Source: Candidatus Rhodoferax bjergmarkensis
GTDB lineage: Bacteria; Pseudomonadota; Gammaproteobacteria; Burkholderiales; Burkholderiaceae_C
NCBI GenBank assembly: GCA_016708345.1
Contig: JADJFX010000007.1
Span: 96,339-160,338 of the forward strand
Reading direction: 5' to 3'
Length of the DNA: 64,000 nucleotides
This document shows positions 40,471-49,766 of the stretch, piece by piece. A program made the translations under genes and the position numbers. The notes beneath the pieces were generated by a model. The model made no database searches and had not been told where the DNA came from. It worked only from the letters and a program-made list of their open reading frames with translations. Positions within the stretch are counted from its first letter, which is position 1. The number at the start of each line of letters is the position of its first letter.

Positions 40471-40897
40471 TTAGCCCCGCATCCACGTGTGAAAGCGCCC
40501 CAGCCAGACCAGCACTTGGTGGGGCGCATGGGCTCGCTTCCATTCCCCGGCCGCATATTTGTTGGCTTCAGCCAATGTTGGGTAGGTGTGGATGGTACCC
40601 AGAATCTTGTTCAGCCCCAGCCCGTGTTTCATGGCCAACACAAACTCCGCCAGCAAATCGCCCGCGTGTTCACCGACGATGGTCACGCCCAATATTCGGT
40701 CTTTGCCGGGCACCGTCAGCACCTTGACAAAACCGTGCGCGGTGCCGTCGGCAATGGCGCGGTCCAGGTCATCAATACCGTATTGTGTGACTTCATAGGC
40801 AACGCCCTTCTCTTTGGCGTCTTGCTCATTGAGGCCCACCCGCGCCACTTCGGGCTCGATAAAGGTGGCCCACGGCACCACCGAATAGTCCACCTTG
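40471..40897 (-). pseudogene. Last ~140 codons of another allele of the oxidoreductase
   Basis: KVDYSVVPWATFIEPEVARVG...HQVLVWLGRFHTWMRG with a TAA stop (the full gene has HKVLAW and TGA). Confidence 0.85.
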
Positions 40898-40936
40898 GCT
40901 GCCACCGCGCGTTGATCGGCGAGCGGCGTGGCTCGC

Positions 40937-43749
40937 TCAAGCCTGCACAGCAAACTTGCCCGGCAGGGTGATGACGGTCTCAAAGGCTCGCAGGTCGGCG
41001 TCAACGTTGTTGTCCAGCAAATGGATTTCAATGCTGCCGCCTTCGTTTTCCAGAAAGCCCTTGACCGCGTCCATGCCCACGCCGCGTCCGGACACTTCGG
41101 TCACTTTTTCGGCGGTCGAGAAGCCGGAGGCAAAAATCATCTTCGCCACCGTTTCAGGTGATGCCGCATTGCCTTCGGGTAGCATGTTTTCTCGATCGCC
41201 ATTTTGCGAATGCGGCCAATGTTCAGGCCCCTGCCATCGTCGCGCAAGCTCAATTTGAGCTTGTCGTCTTCGACGCTCATGGCCAGCTGAATGTTGCCCA
41301 CCTGCGTCTTGCCCGCCGCTTGGCGCACCTCGGCGGTTTCCAGGCCATGGTCAATCGAGTTGCGCAGCAGATGCACGAACAGGTTTTTCAGCAGACCGCC
41401 GATCTGGTTGCGCACCACAATGCCTTGGTCGTCAATGCGGATCACCGGCGGCTCCTTGCCCAGCTCCTTGGCCAGCGAGGGGATGGACTCGATCACTCCA
41501 GAAAGAATCTTGTCGATTTTCTCGGTGCCAATCAGGCTCAGCGTCTTGCCAATTTGGGACAGCGCTGCGCGCATGGCGGCGAGGTCGGTGGCATCCACCG
41601 AATCGACCAGTTGTATCGACTGCGCCACCTGTTCTTTGTCAACCAGCAAGAACTTTTCAACGCCGCCCCGGCGCCCTGGTCCTTTGCGACCCAGCGTGTG
41701 GCTGTTGACCTTGGCGTATTCGTCCACAAGGTTTTTGACCTGCGCCAGTTGCTGCCCCAGCATCTCGGAGTCCCAGACCATCTCGGGGTTCTGACGCAAC
41801 TCATGGTAGGTCTGTTCCGTCTCGTGCACCACGTTGGTCATGTGCAGCAAACCGTAGGTTCTGGCATTGCCCTTGATGGTGTGCATGTTGCGGAACAGTA
41901 CGCCGATGACGCCGTCATCCTTTTGGGCGGTTTTCTGGGTAATGACCTCGTTCTCAGCGACAAACTTGTACGAACTGTCGACGAACTCCTGGAATTTTTC
42001 CTGACTGACGGCCAGGATTTCACCAATGATTTCGAGCTCGCGTTTTTGCGCATTGGCTTCTTTGCCCAAGCGTTTGAGCTCGGTGACGTCGCGGGCGCAT
42101 AGCATGATTTTCTCAACCACATCGTTGGCATCGCAAATGGGCGACCAACTCAGCTCGATCGATTTGACCCGGCCATCTGGCATCGTTTTATCAAATTCGG
42201 TGACCATCAAGTGTGAGTTGAATTCGAAGTTCATCCGGTCCTCTCCAACGCAGGCATCCACCGCCGCTTCTACTTGCGACAGAGGGTCGGAGCCCAGGTT
42301 GGTGTTGGAGAACACCAGTTTCATCAGATTCTTGCCGGCAATCTCGTGCGTTTCAAACATGGTTTCCAGGTAGGCCGAGTACTCGGGGTGGATCACGTTG
42401 TTTGCCAATACGGTCAACACGCCCTGTGGCATGTTCTGCATCATGGCCTGGATGTCGTGGGTCTTTTGGGCCAACTGGGCGGTGCGTTCGGTGACCAGGT
42501 GCTCCAGATTGTCGTTGAGCACCTTCAGATCCTTCACCAGAATCTTGTTTTCCACGAAGGTGTTGGCGAAGGTATTGGAGGCCACATAAAGCATGGTGCC
42601 AACAAATATGGCGGTGCCAAAAAACACCATGGCAAAGCTGCTGATGACGCCCAATGAAAGCAGGATATCGTTGAATCCGGTCACCAAGATGGACGAGATA
42701 CCAACCAGAAGAATGGCGGAACCAGGTTTCCGATGCTGGATCCCTCGAATCAGCTGATAACAACCACCGAATCCGCCTAACAGGACGCCGATGAATAGAA
42801 AGGTTTTCACTGGCTGGAAAAGTTCCAGATTGGGGTGAATGGTCATCGTGGCAATGTACAAACCCGAAGCGCCCAGCAGCACACCGCCAACCCAGTTGAT
42901 CTTGGGCGTGAACTTGTGAAAAAACTGCGTGAAGATGTAGAACAAAAAGATGGCGCAAATACCGGGGTAATGCAGGTAAAGCATGGTCTCCGGCTCAAAC
43001 AGTTTGACGAAATAATCGGCTGGCGCGCCAAAAAATGGAAAGATCAAAATACTGGAAGAGCCGCAAACCAGATAAAGCGCGTACCGGGTCTTGGCGAAAA
43101 CCAGTAGGAAAAAGAATCCAAAAAACAAAATCACGTACGAGATGATGATGCGCGCCTCACCGCCCAGGAGCTGGTAGATGACCACACCACGGTCATGCTG
43201 GTCGTATTTGCGCAATTCAAAGGGCAATTGGTATACCCCCACCATCAGGGGCGTATCAATGCGCATGGCCAGCACGTGGTGCGGCTGACTGATCTTGAAA
43301 CGCACAGGAATGGCCTGAGTTGAAAAATACGGCTCAACATTGATGTTGTTGGGGCGACGGTAAATTTCTTGACCATCGACGTAGATGTTGACTCGCGCCA
43401 TGTAGGCATTGACCAAAAGGACGACTTCTTGCCCCACCAGCGAGGGATGGAATTCGAAGTGCCCGCGGTACCAACCTATGGGAAATACCTTTTTGTCGTT
43501 ATAGACACCTTTCCACGGCCCCGGTGCCTTGGCCAGTCGCCAGCTGGAAGTATCAAGGTTGACGTCCTTGTTTTGGGGGGAATCGTCGCGGGTAAAAAGC
43601 CACTTGCCGCTCAATTTCAGTGGCTTGTCCAGACTTTCAATCTGGATTTTGCAGGAGGTGCAGCCGACTTGATGCGCTGGTGAGTTGGCCGCTGCTTTTG
43701 CGAACAAGGAGCAAAAAATCAGCAGCAGCAATGCGAGTCTCGAAAGCAT
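40937..43749 (-). CDS. Membrane sensor kinase: 7TM-DISM-type sensor + PAS-like + Hpt + CheA-type HATPase (frameshift near 41160)
   Basis: Sugar-binding-like LSGKWLF..GWYRGHF, about seven TMs, Hpt LFRNMHTIKGNAR, HLLRNSIDHG, DDGRG, IFASGFSTAEKVTEVSGRGVGMDAV. Confidence 0.8.
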
Positions 43750-43892
43750 GGGGAAGGTTTCCTGAAGTGGATAGACAAAAAGCTTGAAGTGGTCACTTGA
43801 TTTGTTACAACTTTAACCAGTCATTTACAACTTATCAAGCACTACGCCTCTCAACACACGTGTTTTCCCTTTGTGTGTGGTGCCCAACGCAA

Positions 43893-43917
43893 AGTGGCTG
43901 GGGGCAACCCAGCCACT
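43893..43917 (-). terminator. Intrinsic terminator after the chalcone-isomerase-like gene
   Basis: Perfect 10-bp stem AGTGGCTGGG/CCCAGCCACT followed by TTGCGTT on the minus strand. Confidence 0.6.
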
Positions 43918-44023
43918 GGCGGTAAGCTAAACATGCACTATTTTGGTGAGCCAAACTTGTTGGCCAAATACAGCGCCGCAAAAGCGGTTTGAAGCAAGCG
44001 CTCCGTTTAGAAAAATCTCCGGC

Positions 44024-44282
44024 TTATTGGATGCCCAGCAATTGATCCTTGAGTTTCCAATTGGTCGGCTGTTGCCCCAGCCAGACGCTGGCGATGGCAT
44101 AGAAAAATTCGGGCTCCTTGAATGGCTCGCCCTGCTGCTTGCCCTTGCCGTTAACCACCAGGCCGGTGCCCGGAATCCAGTCCAGCGTCACGACGTCACC
44201 CTCGACAAAAGTCTTGGCTGTGGAAAAAATCTCACCCATGCGCATCAGGCCCGGAATGAGTTTGGACAACTCACTGCGGGAC
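44024..44282 (-). pseudogene. Chalcone-isomerase-like protein, C-terminal fragment
   Basis: LDWIPGTGLVVNGKGKQQGEPFKEPEFFYAIASVWLGQQP; cut by oriIS of copy 5. Confidence 0.7.
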
Positions 44283-46209
44283 GGATAGGCCATTCAACCG
44301 CCCTAGCCGAAGTATCGCGCCCCGGTATAGCCTTCGAGCCCCGTGAAAACCCTGAGTTTCTTGCCCGCGTTGCTGGTTCACCAGCAAAATGCACCGTCGC
44401 CAGAGCCTATAGCGCTGCTGCGGGTGCGTCGGGCGCAGGCCTACCCTGCAGCGATTCAAAATCGTCGCTTCGCCCATTCACCAACTGATGCGCTGGTCTA
44501 CCTCGTAGTCGGGGGCTGGTTGCTCTGCTAAATCCCAACCCGACTCGCTTTGCACCCCTTCACCTGTCTGCGCATCACCACCGTCCTCCCACAGCGGTGG
44601 CCCGCGTGCCGGGGAGATGTGCGGGGGATCAGACTCCACCCCGATGTGGTTCAGAATCTTCTTGATCTGCGTGCCCTCGGTAATGAACGCAATCAGACGC
44701 ATCTGGCCACCGCACTTTGGGCACAGCAGCGGGAAAACCTCGTAAATGCGGGCGATCAAAACGGCCCACAGGTAGTGCGCTGGGCGCTTGGGCGGCACCG
44801 GCTCTGCAGGCCCGCTCTGGCCTGGGAGCACATTGCCCAGCGGTGCCACACCAGGCGCACCCTCCCCCGTGGTGCTCGGCTGCGCCGTGGCCGGGTGGGC
44901 CGGTGCTGCAAGCGCTGTGACCGCAGCCCTGAGCGGCGAATTCGGGGCCAGCACACCAAAGTAGCGGTGCCGATGCGTGCGTGGTGGCGGCACCAGGGCT
45001 GCTATGCGGTCGATCAGCTCCAGCGGTGTGAGGGTGATTTCGTCTGCCTTGGCACCGCGCTTGTCACTGGTGGGCTCGCTGCGCTGCTTGGCACAGCGGT
45101 ACACTAGGGCAGCGCCCTCTTTGCGAAGGCGGTCCATGGCAAAGGGCGGGCGGGCGCAGTAGCGCAGTAAGCGCTCCAGCGCAGCGCGGTCGTGTGCTTG
45201 GATGCACACACCGGCATCCACCGAGAAGCCGCTGTGCGTGTAGGCCAGCATGTCTTTGGCGTCACAACTCTCCAGCAGGCCCCGAGCGACGAAGGCGCGC
45301 AGGATGCGTTTTTGCAGGGTGGTCTGCACTTGGGCAACGGCATCCGCATCGATGGCGCTGGCCGGGTGGAAGATGACGCTCGGCGCAGGGGCTGGAGGAA
45401 CATCCGCGTCGCCCTCGCCCGCCACCGCCTCAATCACCCCATCGACCACGCAGACGTGGAAATGCACATGCTGGTTCAGGCTGGAGCCGAATCGGTGGAT
45501 AAAGGCGATGGCCCCGATGTGCAGGGCGGCCTTGTCTACCTGTGCCGCACCGGGGCTGTGGGTCTGCAGGCTTTGCGCGATGACCCGCAGAAAAATACGC
45601 AGCACCATGCCCAGCACTGGCCCGCCCTGCTGCATGAAGTAGCGCAGCCGCTTTGGCACCGATAGCACCCACTGGCGCACCGGCAGGCGGGGAAGACGTG
45701 GTCCGTGAGGGTGTGCCGCCGTCTCCACCATACGCCGGGTGTTGCACGAGGGGCACACGCCACGGCCTTTGCAGGAAAAGGCCACAAAGTAGTCGTGGCC
45801 GCAGTCGTCACACCAGGCTCTGGCAAAGCCGTGGGCAAAGATGCCGCATTCCAGATATTTGCGAAAGGCTTGGCGGACATAGGGCTTTGGGGTGTGGTGG
45901 TCGCCCTGCCCGTCGAACTGGCCTGCGCTGGCCAACTCAAACCAGGTCTCAAAGTGCTCGGCTATGGTTTGGGTAGAGCAGGGTTCGCTCAGGGTGGCGC
46001 GGGGGACCTTGTAGAGTTTGGATTTGCTGCCCGATTGGCCACCCGCTGGCCCACCCGCGTGCGGGTGTGAGCAGGCTTGCGCGGTACGGGCGGCGACAGG
46101 CATGGTGCAGCGCCAGAGCGAGCGTATTGGCTCGGGCTGGGTGCACCATGTTACTGTTTTTATATCCAGTTATATCCGCTTGGTATGGCTTGACAGGCCA
46201 TCTGCAGAC
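44283..46209 (-). mobile_element. ISCR-type element, copy 5 (type A)
   Basis: oriIS identical to copy 2; 541-aa ORF 44478-46103 with local compensated frameshifts. Confidence 0.92.
46154..46169. promoter_or_regulatory. LexA box, copy 5
   Basis: taCTGTTTTTATATCCAGtt. Confidence 0.8.
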
Positions 46210-46214
46210 ACTCA

Positions 46215-46288
46215 TTCACTTCTGAATTGATAACTACCTGCGCACGCCAGGCGTGCGCAAAGGCACTATTTCTATGCATAAACCCGGC
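46215..46288. repeat. REP-like repeat, copy f
   Basis: Identical to copy c. Confidence 0.85.
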
Positions 46289-46372
46289 GTCTTGCGCATG
46301 GATTGAGCGTCATGGCTCAAGCCTCACATCGACTCGCTGATGCCCTAATGCCTGTCCCGATAAGAGTTTCTT

Positions 46373-48536
46373 TCAGCCCCGCATCCACGTATGAAAACGC
46401 CCCAGCCAGGCCAGCACTTTGTGGGGTGCATGGGCACGCTTCCATTCCCCGGCCGCATATTTGTTGGCTTCGGCCAAGGTCGGGTAGGTGTGGATGGTGC
46501 CCAGAATCTTGTTCAGCCCCAAGCCGTGTTTCATGGCCAGCACAAACTCCGCCAGCAAATCGCCCGCGTGTTCACCGACGATGGTCACGCCCAAAATGCG
46601 GTCTTTGCCGGGCACCGTCAGCACTTTGACAAAACCGTGCGCCGTGCCGTCGGCTATGGCGCGGTCCAGGTCGTCAATGCCGTATTGTGTGACCTCATAG
46701 GCAATGCCTTTCTCTTTGGCATCTTGCTCATTGAGGCCCACGCGCGCCACCTCGGGCTCGATAAAGGTGGCCCACGGCACCACCGAATAGTCCACCTTGA
46801 ACTTTTTGAAGTGGCCAAACAGCGCGTTCACCGCGGCATACCAGGCCATGTGGGAAGCGGTGTGGGTGAATTGGTAAGGCCCGGCCACGTCGCCCGCCGC
46901 GTAGATGTTGGGGTACAGCGTTTCCAGATAATCGTTTACCGCCACGGTGCGTTGGGTGGGAATACCCAGTTCCTCCAAACCATACCCCTGCAAACGGGCC
47001 ACGCGGCCCACGGCGCAGAGCAGGGCATCAAACTCGATGCGTTTCTCGCCATCTTGGTGTGCGACGACAATGAATTTGCGGGCGTCTTTGCCCTCGCCTT
47101 CCCGCTCACAGCGCAGGGCCTGGTGGCCGGTCAGCACCTCCACACCGTCGCGCACCAAGGCAGCGCGGGCCAGCTCGGAGACCTCGGCGTCTTCGCGCAC
47201 CATGAGGCGCGGGGCCATCTCGATTTGTGTCACCTTGGAGCCCAGGCGGGCAAAACTCTGCGCCAGTTCGCAACCAATCGGGCCGCCGCCCAGCACCACC
47301 AGCCGCGCGGGGGGCGCATCGCGTTTGGCAAATTCGTCCCACAGGGTGTCGCTGGTCACATAACCCACGTCATCCAGACCCGGCAGCGGTGGCACAAACG
47401 GGCGGGCACCGGCGGCAATGACGATGGCGCGGGTGGTGAGGCGCTGGGTGCTTCCATCGTTCAATTTGATTTCCACCGTCCAGGGGTCAATGACCTTGGC
47501 GTAGCCTTGCAGCACTTCCACGCCCAGGGCGGTGTAGCGCTCCACGCTGTCATGTGGGGCCACGGCGGCAATGACCGCGTGCACGCGCGCCATCACTTTG
47601 GCGAAGCTGAACTGGGGTTCGGTGGCGCTCAGCCCATAGTTTTCGGCATGGCGCGTCTGGTGGGCCACCCGGGCCGATTTGATGAGCGCCTTGCTGGGCA
47701 CACAGCCGTAGTTCAGACAATCGCCGCCCATCTTGTGCGCTTCCACCAAAGTGACCTTGGCTTTGACGGCTGCCGCAATGTAAGACGTTACCAAGGCCCG
47801 CCGCGCCGCCGCCAATCACCACCAGGTTGCGGTCAAACTTTGGGGGGCGCTGCCAGCGGGCGTAGACCCGGCGGCTGTGCAGAAATTGCAAGAACTTTTT
47901 GGCCAGCATGGGAAAGACCCCGAGCAGCGCGAACGACAACAAAACGCCGGGCGACACAATGCCCGACACGCTGGTGAGCCGGGCCAGTTGGGTACCGGCG
48001 TTGACGTACACCACGGTGCCCGCCAGCATGCCCAGCTGGCTGACCGCGTAGTAACGCAGGGTGCGAATCGGCGTCAGGCCCATGAGCAAATTCACCAAAA
48101 AAAACGGGAACAAGGGCACCAGCCGCAGGGTGAACAGGTACAGCGCGCCGTCTTTTTCCATACCTTCGTTGATGGCTTTGAGGCGGTCGCCAAAGCGGCT
48201 CTGCACGGCATCGCGCAGCAGGTAGCGCGACGCCAGAAACGCCAGCGTGGCACCAATAGAAGAGGCAAACGACACGATCACCGTGCCCATGACCAGCCCA
48301 AACAAGGCCCCCGCCGCCAGCGTCAGCACCAAGGCTCCGGGTAGGGACAAGGCAGTTGCAGCCACATACACGGCAAAAAAAGCCAGACCCACCGTCAGGG
48401 GCGACGCGGAGCGCTGGGCCTCAAACTGCCCCAGCCCGGCCTTCATGCCGTCCAGCGTCAGGTACTGGTGCAAACCCAGCGCGAAAAAGCCCCAGGCCAA
48501 AGCGGCGGCGGTGACAAGAATCAGTATTTTTTTCAT
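46373..48536 (-). CDS. VTT (DedA/TVP38) domain fused to an LpdA/MerA-like pyridine nucleotide-disulfide oxidoreductase (frameshift near 47800)
   Basis: LFTLRLVPLFPFFLVN (VTT), VIGGGAAGL, GGDCLNYGCVPSK, GGGPIGCE; no C-terminal Cys-Cys pair. Confidence 0.9.
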
Positions 48537-48582
48537 GGTTTGCCCGAGTTCGGTGAATGCTTGCAGGCCAGTGATTCTCACC

Positions 48583-48720
48583 GCTTTTGGGCGGCGCTGG
48601 CGGGATGCAGCGCAAGGCGTCCTGAGCGCGGTTTGGCCAGCAAAACAAACGAGGGCAACGAAGCAATGCGCCCGGCAGTGCCGACAAAAACGGGATATTG
48701 CTTTCTTCTGCACCCCTAAG
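48583..48720. repeat. About 140-bp MITE/REPIN-like element, copy 2
   Basis: Aligns with 12695-12833. Confidence 0.7.
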
Positions 48721-49050
48721 GCATGCGAATTTAAAAAAATACTTGCCCCTGCCGACTGTGGGTTAGCTTGTGGACAAGCCTGTTCACAAACACTAAAAGC
48801 CACGCCAGCCTTGGCTTGGCGGGCCGTGCCCGGTTTTTAGGCAGCGGTAGAAGGGTCGGATTTTTGGGGCTTGGAGTGTGCTATGTGCACTATTGCGATA
48901 CAAAGTGGTGACTATTGCCAAATACCGAATCAAACCCGGCTGATTGCGTTTCCCTATCGATGCGACCAGGCGCGAAGCTGCAGACAGGCACTTGGACACC
49001 CTGCGAACTACCTCAATTGATAGAATTACCCCAATCAAGGGAGTCCAATC

Positions 49051-49359
49051 ATGCAACGCGAAGCCACCGCCATGACCGTGCGCCAAAACCTAGGCGAATT
49101 GCTCAACGAGGTTCAGTACAAACACGATGAAGTGGTGATTACCAAAGCTGGCAAACCAGTCGCGGCCATGATCGACATCGCCTTGTACAAGTCCTTGAAA
49201 CAGGACAGCGATGATTTTGAGCGCCTTTGGGCCAAGTTTTCACGCGGTTTTGAGGCCATGACCGAAGACGAAATCATGGACGAAGCCACTGCAATGGTCA
49301 AAGAGGCACGCCGTGACATCGCACGCCAAAAAGCGCAAACAGGGCAGGCTGCGCAGTGA
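49051..49359 (+). CDS. Phd/YefM-family antitoxin
   Basis: TAMTVRQNLGELLNEVQYKHDEVVITKAGKPVAAMI. Confidence 0.88.
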   Translation: MQREATAMTVRQNLGELLNEVQYKHDEVVITKAGKPVAAMIDIALYKSLKQDSDDFERLWAKFSRGFEAMTEDEIMDEATAMVKEARRDIARQKAQTGQAAQ

Positions 49360-49766
49360 AGTTACTGCTGGACTCGAACGTCATTGTTTCAGGCCTGCTT
49401 AGCACCAAATCCAGCCCAGGCCAGCTCATGCGGCTGTGGCGAGAGCGGTACTGCGAGTGGGTTACCTGCGAGCAGCAACTGGCCGAACTGACGGTGGTTT
49501 TGTGCCGCCCCTGGGTCGCCAGCCGGGTTGACGGTAGCCTGGGCTCGGTCTACGCCTTCATGCGTGAGTTTCATGGCAAAACGACCCAGCTGACCCTTGA
49601 GCCACCCTTTGAACCCGTTTGTCGCGACCCCAACGACGATTTTTTACTGGCCATGCTGACCCGCCACCCGATTGATTTCCTAGTTTCTGGCGACAAAGAC
49701 CTGTTGAGCCTGAAACACCTTTACCCCACCATTTTGACGCCCCGCGAACTGATTGATCGGCTATGA
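49356..49766 (+). CDS. PIN-domain toxin (COG1569-like)
   Basis: [31 protein letters not shown]. Confidence 0.88.
   Translation: MKLLLDSNVIVSGLLSTKSSPGQLMRLWRERYCEWVTCEQQLAELTVVLCRPWVASRVDGSLGSVYAFMREFHGKTTQLTLEPPFEPVCRDPNDDFLLAMLTRHPIDFLVSGDKDLLSLKHLYPTILTPRELIDRL

Noticed and set aside
43861..43930. c-di-GMP-I riboswitch (ACGCAAAG next to a strong hairpin)
   Set aside because: The motif is on the plus strand while both neighbouring genes are on the minus strand. The first stem of the aptamer is absent, and the hairpin fits an intrinsic terminator.
19013..46209. Classical composite transposons with target-site duplications
   Set aside because: No terminal inverted repeats or flanking duplications were seen, consistent with rolling-circle HUH elements rather than DDE elements.
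11773..46288. CRISPR array or integron attC cassette array
   Set aside because: The repeats are kilobases apart, with no regular spacers or cas genes. No tyrosine integrase or RYYYAAC/GTTRRRY core sites were seen, and several intervening genes are truncated.
46373..48536. Mercuric reductase MerA / mer locus
   Set aside because: The CLNYGC disulfide is present, but there is no C-terminal Cys-Cys pair, no metal-binding N-terminal domain and no merRTP genes; the N-terminus is a VTT domain.
48769..48789. DnaA-box pair / replication origin
   Set aside because: Only imperfect matches (TGTGGACAA, TGTTCACAA), with no dnaA/gidA/rep context.
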